A stretch of DNA of 64,000 bases from Ptychomitrium polyphyllum (taxonomy: Eukaryota), in NCBI GenBank assembly GCA_973851085.1, contig OZ316776.1, positions 4,154,001 to 4,218,000 on the forward strand, given 5' to 3'. A model generated the notes under the pieces. The model searched no databases. It saw only the letters and a list, made by a program, of their open reading frames with translations, and was not told the origin of the DNA. This document shows positions 12,170-24,334 of the stretch, piece after piece. A program made the translations under genes and the position numbers. Every line of letters starts with the position of its first letter. The first letter of the stretch is position 1.

Positions 12170-15100
12170 ATGGAAGGCCATGAAGAAGAGCAGCTTAACA
12201 TCTCTATCGGCTTCGTCGAGCGTGCCACCCGCTTAATCACAAGACTAGACCACTACCAAGGCACGGTCCAAAACTTCGATAACTCTGGTAGCACTGATAG
12301 CGACGACGAGGATGACGATGACTACCTGGGAGAAGATGACGACGAAGGCGAAGATGAGGAAGACGAAGATTATTCTTACTTCGGTGCAGAAGTGAGCGAC
12401 AGTGAGGAGTCAGGCCGAAGCTTCGAAACAAGGGTCATGTCTGGTGGCAGTGATGGTAGTGGTGGTGGTGAACCGCTTGCGCCATTGGACCATGTGATAG
12501 CGCACTCCACAGCAGTGCGGTGTCTACCTAGCGAAGGCTCAGCAAAGTTGGGAAAGAGAAAACACGGGAGCCTGGTGAATGCCATGACCATGCTCAAGGG
12601 GAGGGAGTTTAATGTTTCCAGGAACGGGAGGTTTTCTAGGGCGGAGTGCTGCCATGTGGGTGCACGGTTTCTCCCAACTGATGGTCCCTCTGTTGTGGAA
12701 CGGCTCAATAGTCGAGCCTACATTGGCCAATTCTCAATTGATGGGACGTTGTTTGTGGCTGGTTTCCAGGTGAGCTTTCTCAACCAGTGGTGCATTTTCA
12801 GATAACTTGTGCAGAACGGCGATGTCATTGAATAGTATGAGCCTGGTTGTCTTGGAAATTTGTTCAAATTGCAATTCTTTTGATTATGTTGATTGACTCT
12901 CCTGTTGCATGTCTACCCGACACAATAGATACACTTTCGAAGTTGGAAGTGGTTTAAGAAATTGGAGGTTGTTGTGACAATTGGTAATTTTTTGTAGTGG
13001 TTACAAAAAACTACGAAGTGTGGTGTTATAGTTGAGGAAGAAGCAATGGGTTGTTAGCTTGATGCTCTAAAAAGTGTTTTGAGAGCAGGGCATTTGGGAA
13101 ATGTTGTCTTGAGGTCTCGTTTTGCAGAAGGTGGAAACGATGCCTCTTTTCTTCTTGTACTCTTAATTAGCACGGGGAATTTATGAGTCACTTGCACAAG
13201 TAGCTGTTCTTGCTATTTATGGTTTTTGTGGTGATTGTTTGGCGAGCAGGACCGGCGAATAAGAATCTACAACGTGGAGAAGGGTTGGGAAGTTCAGAAA
13301 GATATTCAAGCTCGTAATCTCCACTGGACTGTTACAGACACGGCTTTGTCACCGGATCAGCGTTTTCTTGTAAGCAGCTCCGTGTCTTTGAAATTAGGCC
13401 ACTTGAGTTCGCTACAAATAACTATTATAGTGTGCCTTGCATCTGTTTTGTTTTATTTTTTCTCTCTCTTTGTGTTGTTGCTCACATGGTTTAGAACTGA
13501 TACATTGTAGGAAACGGTGGGCAAGGCTTGTGTTTATTATGCAGTAGGATCATTAGGAAGTGCAAGCTTTGTGTCTTGCTGAACCAGAATCGTCTGCTGT
13601 GCAGGTTTATGCATCTATAACACCGTTAGTTTACATGGTTAATGTGGGTAGTGAAAGTGGCGGTGTTAGGTCTCTTGCGAATGTTACGGTAAGAGTTTTT
13701 TTTGCAAGGAATTTTCAGACCCTTGGCCTGCTTTTGCCACAGTTTTTCAGTACACTAATGGTGCTTAATACTTGTGAGATTCAATTACAATAAGTATTTC
13801 ATTGGAGTGGTTTTAATAATCTAGAGTTTTTTCGAGTGGTTAGACCCTCTCTTTAGGCTTGTGCAGTTGTGAGCAATACTGATCTCTTGGTAGGCAGCTC
13901 AGGCTAAGCTCCACAGCGAAATGCAATGCTAGCTGCATATAGTAGTATTCAAAATATCTAGCTGCTTACAAGTGTGTTTTCGTTGTTTCCTAATCTACAG
14001 ATAATTTGGTGGTGCAGGATATTCACGAAGGTTTGAACTTTGCACCAGACTCGAGGGGAGATGCATTTGGGCTGTGGTCGCTGCAATTTTCCCAAGATGG
14101 TCGGGAGCTTGTGGCTGGCAGCAATGACAAACGCATTTATGTCTATGATTTGGAGGCTAACAAACCAGTTTTGAGGATTAATGCTCACAAGGTCCGGCTT
14201 CACTACTCAACTGGGCTGTGTATTAAATGAACTTTAAGCAGTAAGCCCCATATGTTTCATGTTACACGGATGGAAATCCACATAGCTGAACATGCAGTTC
14301 GGAAAAGTATAATATCGGTCAGTTTAAGGTCCTTTATTGTGTGCAGCCGATCCGTGTAACCAAGATTCGGCGGTTCAAGAATGTTGCTTTTATGTTCGAC
14401 CTTATTTCTTTTTGGCAATGGGAGATTTTTGCTTTAAAAGCACAGTAGCCCAAATAATTCACTTGATAATTGAGGTTTGACTTTGCGAGTATGATGGATA
14501 CAGGATGATGTGAATGCGGTGGTGTTTGCGGATGAATCATGCCACTTGATTTACTCAGGAAGCGATGATAACACCTGCAAGGTTTCTCCTTTTGACCTCG
14601 CAATGTTTATCCTAGTTAAGTCAGTTTATTTGCTTACGAGCTTGGCTCAGTTGGACTGTAACTTTTATTGTGCTGAATGACTACGTATTTATATGCAAAT
14701 AAACATCGTGCTGGATTTCCAGGTATGGGATCGTCGTTGCCTTGCTCAAAGGGGAAAGCCTGCTGGACAGCTTGTTGGACATTTAGAAGGAATTACATTC
14801 ATAGATAGTAGAAAAGATGGTCGTTACTTTATCTCTAATGGCAAGGACCAGAGCATCAAGCTCTGGGATATTCGAAACATGACATCAAGCCCTACGTCGT
14901 CCAGGTCAGTTTCTAATTGCTCTAGCAGGCAATATTCAATGATTAACCTTTATTTCGTTTGTTTTTATGTTTTGTTCGAGTGGTTTTTCCATCTTTAAAA
15001 TCCCCCACAAGTTTTTATTAATCTGCTACATAAGTCAGTTTTAAATTTAGTTCTGCAGAGTGGAAGCACTGACCTAGATAAGTTTGGCTATGGTGACACC

Positions 15101-15677
15101 AGAAGAGCTCGAAGGATTCCTTCTTTTGCATGGGATTACAGATGGATGGATTACCCTGGCATGGGCCGTGACATACGCCATCCATATGATCAGTCTCTAA
15201 TGACTTATAAAGGTCATCTGGTGCTGAGAACTCTCATTCGCTGCTACTTCTCTCCCCTCACCAGCACGGGGCAAAAGTATATTTATACAGGTTCACATGA
15301 TGGCTGTGTTTACATTTACGACCTGGTAATTTCTGCTCCTTCATGCAGATCATCTTGCTAGAGAGGTTGATATGAAACTGACTTGGTAGGCGCATATACT
15401 AGATGTATTAAGCAACGACTTCATGGATTCACTCCATTCCCTACTCTCTAATCATTTTGTAACAATCTGTAACGGTCAGGTAACTGGAAAGCAAGTGGCA
15501 AGGTTGAGTTACCACCGAGGCACAGTGCGTGACTGCAGCTGGCATCCAACAGAACCGATGCTAGTCAGCAGCTCCTGGGATGGGAACTTAGCCAAGTGGG
15601 AGCATCTTCATGGGGACAAGCCTAGAGTTGAAGTGACACACACAAGCTATGACGACTTCTTTGACGACGAAACTTGA
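12170..15677 (+). CDS. LEC14B: WD40-repeat LEC14B / DCAF11 (WDR23)-like protein, putative CUL4-DDB1 substrate receptor
   Basis: 8 GT-AG exons in continuous frame: 12170-12769, 13250-13369, 13605-13688, 14018-14191, 14504-14581 (DDVNAVVFADESCHLIYSGSDDNTCK, missing from the ORF track), 14723-14904, 15103-15325, 15480-15677. Family-typical motifs SRAYIGQFS, WTVTDTALSPDQRFL, GHLEGITFIDSRKDGRYFISNGKDQSIKLWDIR, WDYRWMDYP, YKGHLVLRTLIRCYFSP, VRDCSWHP; WDxR boxes; acidic N-terminal tract. Confidence 0.93.
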
Positions 15678-17001
15678 GAATATAGACCCTTTCAACTCTA
15701 CCTTGCGTTGTGACCTTCAATATTATGGTGAGATGGCACCTAATTGCAGGCAGTCAAACACTAAGCGATGTACTGAGAGCTTCAAACCGGTATAGCTCAG
15801 GTCTATCTCTGGGAGGGTTAGCTCAGTGCCCTTGATATCCCTGTTTGTGTTGAAAGAAAGTGAGTGCGGAATGTGACAAGATGGGTCATAGCCTAGGTGG
15901 TACTTGGGAGCATTTTTCAAATGCCTCCTTTTGTACAGCTGTATGTTTATTGGGAAGACTCGTAGATTGCCTGTAGTGTAAAGTCCAGCTTTTGAGGCCA
16001 ATATTCAAAGGTATTTTTCCTCACTGTTAGCAAAACCGTCATGATTCTAAATAGAACTGATCAGCTGCTCTTGTTTGTGAAAGCTCAACTCCTAAGTTCC
16101 AGTTGCACTTTAATCTGGAATGCTCATAATTCGTGAGCTATTTCTGCTCCAAGTACTTTTGTTTCAGTTCCATGAACGGAGTTTTTTGCTTGAGGTACGA
16201 AGGTTATGTTCTTGTGCAAGGACACTGTCGGTATAGTTATTTAGTGGTAACCCACATGTTGTCTCTCATCTAGGGGGTTAAACTCTTAAGGTAGAAGTGG
16301 TGTCGGTACTGAGGTCAAATAAATTTAGATTCACATTGCAACTACACTTACTACTTAACATCAGCACACACTCAGTGCAAAATGGATCTTTAGTATTCTT
16401 GAAGATCTGTTTTTTTTCATTTTTCCCTCTTACCTTTCCATGTATGTAATTTCAATATGATAGAATATGATAGAAGTAATATTCAATATTATACATTTCT
16501 TTTCGTTTTGATATATGATGATAAAAACATTTCAATTGTAAAAAGTAAAAGGTAGGACAAATGGGTCTCATTGTTATATAACATTCTTTAATAAACTTGT
16601 GAGTCACCTTCCAATAATATAATAATTTTCATTAACCATTTTAGCACTTACTTTCCAAAAGAATTAATTTGTTTTTAAGAAGTATAATTTCATTATTAGT
16701 TTTATTCTATTGCAAATCGGAGAAGTTTATCCCTTAGATCACCAAATATACCTCAAGCCTTCTTCTCATTGATATATGTCATTATTATCATTTATTGTTA
16801 ATTTTTTGCTTTCTAAGATAAAGGTGGATTACTTCAAGTGTTAAAGAATGTTGTAAAAGAAATTGAGCCATATCAAAAACAATGAGCAAAGAAATCACTA
16901 CATACAGCTGCTTCTTTAACCAATTTATTGTCTTTAGAAGCCAATATAAGAAACCTACAAACCACTTAACTATACTTTAGCCTCCATATCAATTAAAGGA
17001 A

Positions 17002-17101
17002 NNNNNNNNNNNNNNNNNNNNNNNNNNNNNNNNNNNNNNNNNNNNNNNNNNNNNNNNNNNNNNNNNNNNNNNNNNNNNNNNNNNNNNNNNNNNNNNNNNN
17101 N
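17002..17101. other. Assembly gap (100 N)
   Basis: Run of exactly 100 N, typical of a placeholder for a gap of unknown size. Confidence 1.
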
Positions 17102-18149
17102 CTAGCAAAAAGGAACGGTTTTGATGTACTAAATGTAGAATCATCCGAAGGCTAGCATACTGCAAGTTAGAAAGTTATTTTGTGCCCTCAAGCATAATCA
17201 TTAATGTTAGAACAAGATATTTTGAATCAGGTCGCTGAACCTGTGAGATATGTTGTCATCTTGAACACATTCAAAATTTGAAGTAGTATGTGACTTCTGG
17301 ACAACGTCTGTCTAATTAACGAGGAACACATTAACCTTGCAGTGTTCAAATTTGAACTTGTGATTAATTAAGGAGATGTACTTACACTCTAAGCGCAGTT
17401 AACTTATGACTGGAGTTTTCTTCGTCGCAGCCACTTGTGATATTGGATGCAGGATTCAAGACAGGCTACTAAATAAGATTACATTCCACAAATTCAAATG
17501 CAGTAGCTGTAATATTAATGTAAAGTAAGTGCTTATCAATTCAGTATGTGATAATCCAATCTTACAACGAAATGATGCAATTACATCCAGTGTGGCAGTC
17601 ATTATGTTTTGCTGTGCTCGTTTTGACGGCTTGCCATGTTATAACTGCTCCTGATCACATCCAGATTCCAGGGTCTGGTAAGTTTGCAAAGGAAGGGCAA
17701 GACATTCTGTGCTGTTTGAGTGATGGTTCTTGAGGTCTGATTTTGCTGCCTTTGTGCAGTTGTACTTTGTTTCATCTGCAATGAAATTGTTTTCTCTCTG
17801 GAAAAAAGGAAACAAGAAAAAACCATTCTGCTCTGACAAATTGTGTCAGCTGTATCTGAAGGCTATATCAGTACAACACAATTAAGTATTTCATTGTCAT
17901 GAAATAACAATTAGTTGATCTCTATTAACATTGCATTCTTCAATGACCCCTTTGAATACCCTCTCCCACAAGCACAATTCTTTCATTTGAAATTCACAAC
18001 TTCATTGACAAAACTTTGTTTTACTAAAGACCTTGGGATTTGTGCACAAAGTCACCAAAAAATACTCATGCATCCATTGCCACCTACCTTCACTAAATTT
18101 TGTTGTTCGTATTTTATTTTCTAAAAAGCAAAGATGAGTGCTTCACTTT

Positions 18150-18990
18150 AAAGATTGTCACAAAAATATTGAGTAAAAAACTTACTTTAAAAGTAAATTC
18201 AATGTATACACGAAAAACCTACTTTCTTATAGATGGGATGATATTGTCCCTTATTTATAAGAATGGGCTATACAACCGATGAAAAGACCTAAAGATACTG
18301 TAGATTAATTCATCCATGTTGAAATCACAGTTTTTAAGCCCATATCTTAGTTAAAATCTACTTATGTACATAAATTAAATTCAAGATTTGATAAATTTTA
18401 ACTACTTATTATAAATTATTTTGAATATAAATAGAAATAGTTAAAAATTAATAGTACACTTTAAAGTGAATGGAATAGCTATATGCTATCTTTGAAAAAA
18501 TACACTAATGGAAAAAAAATTCCATAATGAATGTCAATTTTTGACAATTTTATTTTTAAATATTCAATATTTTATTTTATTTTAAATAACAAAAGGTGCT
18601 TTAAGATTCAAGATTGTGGTATAACTTCTTCCATGTTCAAATTATATGTTACAAGTTCTTTCTCATGCTAGACGTGGAATTGTAAGCATAAGTTTCTCAA
18701 AACCACACTTGGAAATTTAAAAAAGTCTATTGATTGTGAACTACAAAACTTATCAAAGTGATTCCAAAATCATACATTATAAACTTCAAATCTACTTGTA
18801 TAAACGCAAATAGTTGTTGGTTTTGCTTTGTAAATTACAAGTATGGACAATTTCAATTGATTCTTAATTCTTGCAAGTGCATATGGACATTGCAAGGATC
18901 AATTTAAAGCAATAAGACCATACCTTTGATTTGGCAAAATTTCTTATATTTTGTTAATATTTAAAGAGAATGAGCTTGCTATAGAGGGCT
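18150..18990 (+). mobile_element. Second degenerate MULE transposase relic with SWIM zinc-finger remnant
   Basis: KTYFLIDG (~18215-18240), a decayed V-x-*-L-L motif (~18615-18635), KVIPKSYII (~18757-18783), QVWT (~18838) and NSCKCIWTLQGSI* (18866-18907), resembling SWIM C-x-C-x-W-x3-G-x2-C-K-H. Heavily interrupted. Confidence 0.55.
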
Positions 18991-19889
18991 TAAATCTTTA
19001 AAATATATATGTAGCAAGAAAAAAAAAAAAAACTAAAGCAAGATAATTATAAAAAGTAGAAAACAAAAATTTTGTTGATTGAAAATAGCAAGCAAGGGAT
19101 AGATTAAAGACTATGAAAAGCTCTTGAATTAAAAAGAGAAAAATTCCACAAAGAATTGCATTACAAGCTTGTAAGGCTTCAAAGCATTTAGAAATAATTT
19201 ATTAAATGTTGCATGTATCTTAGAATTGTATAGGCACTTGAAATGAAAAGGCAAATTTGCAATTTATATTAAATTGCCAAAGCCAAAAAAATACTTGTTG
19301 AATTGTGCAAATCCATATTGCTTGCTTGAGAAGGGCTCTAGAAAGTGCAAAGGAATGCCAAGCAAGAAAATCTTGAGGAGATAAATTCTTCTTCTTTTAA
19401 CAACAATTCCATCCCAAGGCTTTATATTCCTTAGATTTTATTTCACATATTCCCAAACCTCTACTTTCTTTCAGCTCCCAATCTCCCTTTATTTATTCAA
19501 TTTGATATCTTCTACATTCTACAATTTCTTATAACAATTTCTTTTCTCATTTCAAGTACCTTCAATTTCAAATCAACAATTTTTTTTATTTTGCAGTTAT
19601 GAAATCTCATAATCATTGCAAGGTTTAAGTTGAAAGGATTGGCAAGACACAAGAACAATTTTCATGGCAAGATACAAAGACAATGCTTTCAATTTTTTAA
19701 GCTTGTAAAGTGGATTTTTTCTGCATGAACAAAGAAGCATTTTGCGGCTGTACTCAATTTTCTTTCAAAATTTGCTTAAATGTTGCTCTTGTTAATGTCA
19801 CTTAAGGTGCTATTTTTTAGCAAATCTTTTGTTGTTTGTGAATCTTGATTGTCCCATTTGTATATTTAGAACATAAACCATTATTTTAA

Positions 19890-20230
19890 TCAGCTATGCA
19901 CTTTCAACATGCCTATTTAGTAGAAAAATAATTATGGTTCTAAAGCCGCTACATTTATTTTATGGTGATAATGTTTTTGTAACAATATGAAGACCTAATA
20001 GAACAAGGTCTATTTTATTGCGGGCTTGCCTAAGTTTTTTGACATTCAAAGGTCAATCTATTATCAAAAATATCACTTAAATGGCTTGAACACAAAACAT
20101 TTAGAGGTTGGAATGTGTACAAGGTATGAGACAATAGTCTAAGTAAATTTGATTCTATATTTTCAACTACACAATTTACAAATCACTTCACATGTTATTC
20201 TAATATAAAATGACCATTGTTACCATCAAA
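19890..20230 (-). mobile_element. Degenerate pogo/Tigger-type (DDE_1, Tc1-mariner superfamily) transposase relic
   Basis: Minus strand reads NLLRLLSHTLYTFQPLNVLC/FKPFK (20148->20076, one frameshift), matching the pogo signature LPxHTSHxLQPLDVxxFKPFK. It is followed by LGKPAIK*TLFY*V...KTLSP*NKCSGFRTIIIFLLNRH, resembling the downstream NIxSGFRxTGIxPLN motif. Confidence 0.7.
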
Positions 20231-21974
20231 GATCAATAAACACCATGCTCTTGTGAAATTTCACCAATTTGCTTCACTCATGCAATAAAATGTAAAATTC
20301 AAGTGTTAAAATGATATGAGATCATCAAAATTCTTAATTGAATTTACCTTACAAAAAAAATAATCAATTTATCATAAATTTTTATCATAGAATATATAAA
20401 AGAAGGACTAATTTCTCTTAGTGTTGGCACACAACAACATTGCCCTTTAATTCCAAAATGGTGTCCATTATTCATTAGTAATTTCATATACTTCTATTTT
20501 GCAAGCACAAAAAATAAAGGCATATCCACGACCATACATATAAATCAAATACTATACAAATTGTGCTTTTTTTTATTCCATAATAACATTCCAAGCATTT
20601 CAAGCATTGTTCCTTATCTAACTATAGTATCACTTTTTTTATGACAATAACAATATATAATTATCTTTTTCCGCCTTTTTTATACTCCATTTTTTATCAA
20701 TTGTTGTTAATGCATGTTGTTTGTTCTCTAATTATTATTTTTGTAATTGCTTTGGTTTTTTCATTCTTGGATGTCATTCCACCACATTCATACCATCTTG
20801 TGAATTATTTATGCTATCTTCAAAGTTGCAATTTTTGTTCAAAGAATTAGTTTCAAAATTGCTTATTTTGAGGATTTAACTCTGTAAAAGTATGTATATC
20901 TTTTACATTGCCTTGCAGCTAAGGCAAGACTTGATGCTGCCACACAAATAACAACCTTCAATCCTTCAACTTCCAAAAAAGATATATGTTGTTGTGAAGC
21001 TCTAAAAGAATCATCTTTCTTTAAAAATCCTTTTCATACATTTTCTATCTATCCCAACAAATTATCTCTTTCTAAGCCTCCAAATTACTCTAATAAACTA
21101 TAGTAAGCAATTGCAAAATGCCTATCATTTCTTCTTTATTGGACAATATTAAAATATCATAACTAAAATGAGGGTCTACAACATCTATTGAACCACCTTG
21201 TAATTGTTTTTTTCCTTCAATTGAAAAGAGGAATGAACTTCACTTCATTTGTATTTTCTTTGTAAGCTACTTCATTAAAACTCGTAAATGTGGAATCATA
21301 AATGACAAATCACATTAAATTTTTATATAGATATTGTTACTAATTGTAAATAGTTTTTTCTTTTTTTTTGCATATTTGTCACAAAAGACTTTATAAATTG
21401 TTATTTCGATCTGCCCAAATTAACACTTAATCTTGTTTTTAAATTTAAAAAAAATTAGTAATAGGACCTACAAATGGTTGTTTTTGCAAATACCTATGGC
21501 TTATTTTTAAAAGAAGTGGTGATTTATCAACAACCATTTATATTACCATTAACCATCAAACTTATATCACTAGTGATTTAGAATTATTTGAATTGTTGAT
21601 AGATGATTTACTTGTGGATTTTGGCTTTTTGAAAAAATGTTCTTTAAAAACTCATAACTTAATCAAATTTTATGATAAATATGTATTTTTAATTGCATCA
21701 AATTTCAAACTTTATTTTCCACCAAAAATTGATCAAATTCATACAATGTTTGCAAAAGGAAGGTTCTTTATTGCAATGATAATGGACTATTCCACCTTAA
21801 ATAGAGAATGAATAGAGTGGTTCTTTAAAAGGATATAAACTTAATTGATTTATTTGCAAAAACTTCTTGTTTCCTTCATAGATCTACATCATTTTTAATG
21901 GAAGATTAAAAAGACATCTAGTGTTGTAACCTATTCTATGTTGTGTATTAAAAAAAATCTTTTATATTAGTTTT

Positions 21975-22325
21975 GCATGACATGTGATATCAAAATGAAT
22001 ATGTGCTCTAGCTTACATTAGTTTGATGTCATCTTGACAACATAGGAAATCAAAATTACATGAAGATAACATAGGTTAAAATGACATCAAATTAGATCAA
22101 GGCAACATAGATTTAAACATTGCCAAAACAACACCAATGTGATTTGAATCATAATGATTGATATTTAACATATTTATGTCATTATGATGTCAAGTTGAAA
22201 TCCTTATCATATCAATTTGACATATGTCATTTTCGTATCATTTTTCCATTATCTTAACTCGAGTGTTGTTTTTGGCATCATTTAAACTTGTGTTATCTAT
22301 TCATGACATGTCATTCTCACGTCAC
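21975..22325. repeat. Cluster of degenerate direct and inverted repeats (TGACAT/ATGTCA-rich), possible DNA-transposon subterminal region
   Basis: 22103-22134 (caacatagatttaaacattgccaaaacaacac) is an imperfect inverted copy of 22263-22298, with a related direct copy at ~22064-22090. Many TGACAT/ATGTCA hexamers at the right edge of the AT-rich block. Confidence 0.45.
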
Positions 22326-22633
22326 AACCATTTTCTCCGAGTTTCTTGATATGGCTTTCATGCTGAGGTACATACCTTTACAGGAACTGTAAAGCTTTAC
22401 AGTTGTTGTGCACAGTGAGACAGTAAGTTACAGCTCTAAAGTAGCCACCCACACCCACCGTCTCACCATTTCTGAAGGTGTACTGTCATAGCTGTGGTTT
22501 TTGTACTGAAAGTGGGAAGTCCTAGCATAAACAAACCATCATCGTCGTGCAGCTTCCGGCCTTGCCTTGTGGATGGAGTTTGTGTATGCGTATGCGTATG
22601 CGTATTGGATGGATTCTCAGTAGGTGTACGTAT

Positions 22634-22709
22634 TGTAAGTAGATACGTTCGATTGGCGGTTCCCGTGTACATCACATTCACAAGGGAACTGCCGATCCGT
22701 CTCTGTACA
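22634..22709 (+). ncRNA. Candidate pre-miRNA-like stem-loop (unassigned)
   Basis: GATTGGCGGTTCCC (22651-22664) pairs over 14 contiguous positions (two G-U) with GGGAACTGCCGATC (22684-22697). The stem extends with GTG/CAC near the loop and an imperfect basal stem. Confidence 0.35.
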
Positions 22710-23122
22710 GGGAGATTGGTTTTAGACTGGGACCCGCCACCAGCGACGGCTGGTTATCGCCCAGGCCAGGACCTACCATGGATCATGAATGAGGTCGCCA
22801 TTGGAGTTTGGACGAATTTCTTCTGTTTATGAGCTCCCTGCCCAAATTCTCTGCTCGTGTCCTTTGTCTGGACTCTCTCCATCGTTCCAAGTTGGTGGAC
22901 TTTGACTATCTCAAACCAGATTCTCATGTCCATCTCTGATCCTTCAGGATGCTGCCTCTGCAACTCCCACCTTCCATCGAAAAGCCCTTGCTCTGCAACA
23001 CCAGTCACTTAGTGTATACTGGTTGAATGTATCCTATTCGCAGGAAGATTCACGTGCACAATGAATTTGGTACCATCATATGGAAAGGAGATCCGAAAGT
23101 CTTTGAAGTTTCTAAGTTGAGT

Positions 23123-23153
23123 GATGTTTGAATGTTTGAATGTTTGAATGTTT
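23123..23153. repeat. Octamer tandem repeat (ATGTTTGA) x about 4
   Basis: gatgtttgaatgtttgaatgtttgaatgtttgg. Confidence 0.85.
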
Positions 23154-24286
23154 GGGTAGCAACTGTTCGGTAAATTTGAGTATGATGTTTCAAAAGCATC
23201 AAAGTACAATGCCTCTGGAAAGAAAGTAATCACATACAAATGTTGAAGATCCCACTCACAAGAAAGGTTTTCTTCCGGTGGGACAAAATAATGTGCATAC
23301 AATATGAACTTGTTTTGAAGAAGATGTATTTTGATGCAAAGTTGTGAGGGTAATGAGAGTTATATATTGTAATTTCTTAGTGTTCCTATGAATGTAGGAA
23401 TAGTGACATGTGGACTTTTGAATTATGGAAAAGTTGTAACGTCCTCTAGTAAGAATTTAGGACAACAATCTAGAAATTTGGTAGATACAATGGTTTTTCA
23501 ATTCAAAAAAGCATCTCCTTCAAATCCATAATCTAATTGTTGAGATTTATTGCCCTTCATAATTAGCACAAAAGCATTGATTTACATGCACTTCCTATCA
23601 AAACACATATAATAAAACAACTATCATTAAATAAGTACATATAAGCAAAATAACATAGTATAAAGCATGAGGCCAAAAATGATCAATTTAATTAAAAATA
23701 AACAAAGTTGTTGAAAGTTTGTAAAGGTGGTATACAATAGAAAAAATAAATCATGTATAAGAGAAGGGGAGTAGAAAGAATAAAAAAGAATAGTGAGGGT
23801 AAGGAAGGCCACATTAGAATCCTTAGCACATTGTAAAACCAATATCAATAGAGTTGGAAGTTATAACAACAAAAGGTTTTAACCTAAGCAAACAAAAAGT
23901 TTATTGACCATGGTGATGGTGCAAACCAACAACAACAACCATGGGATTGGTGAACATTTACAATAATAAAATAATTACGTACATAGGCAAAGGAGATGCA
24001 ACAATTAAGGAATTGCTTCAATGTAATTTTATTATGTAAGCATAAGTTCTTTCAATAATAAATGCACCAAGAGATTGGCTGTGGAGTGAGATGGTCCCTG
24101 CATTGCAATTTTTAAAAGGAAATGTAATTCCAATGATAACATTAGAATAGAATGCAAAAAAAAAACTTTATAGTTAGGAGGGTAGAAAAAGAGAAGGCTT
24201 GAAGTGGTAGGCTAGCCCTTGAAAAAAATGGCAAGGATAGATTTGGAGCTTTGATCCAAGACAACAAGAATGAGTGGCTGTATCTT

Positions 24287-24334
24287 ATTTGTTATGATTG
24301 TGCTAAAATTGGGAATATTGTGTTAAAGCGCCTT
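24287..24334 (+). mobile_element. Decayed CCHC zinc knuckle, probable retrotransposon gag remnant
   Basis: ICYDCAKIGNIVLKRL keeps CX2CX4(H>N)X4(C>R) spacing; both changes are single-base (CAT>AAT, TGC>CGC). A weaker knuckle-like trace (RNCF...KHKFFQ) lies at ~24008-24056. Confidence 0.45.

Noticed and set aside
7680..18600. One MULE split in two by insertion or capture of the DCAF11-like gene
   Set aside because: The second relic appears to have its own copies of motifs also present in the first (FLIDG, V-x-*-L-L), so two separate copies are more likely. No TIRs were seen and a gap intervenes.
22831..22845. GAGCTCCCT...CCAA resembling a miR319/159 arm or target
   Set aside because: The central TTCAGT that pairs with the miRNA 5' region is missing and no mature miR319 sequence is present.
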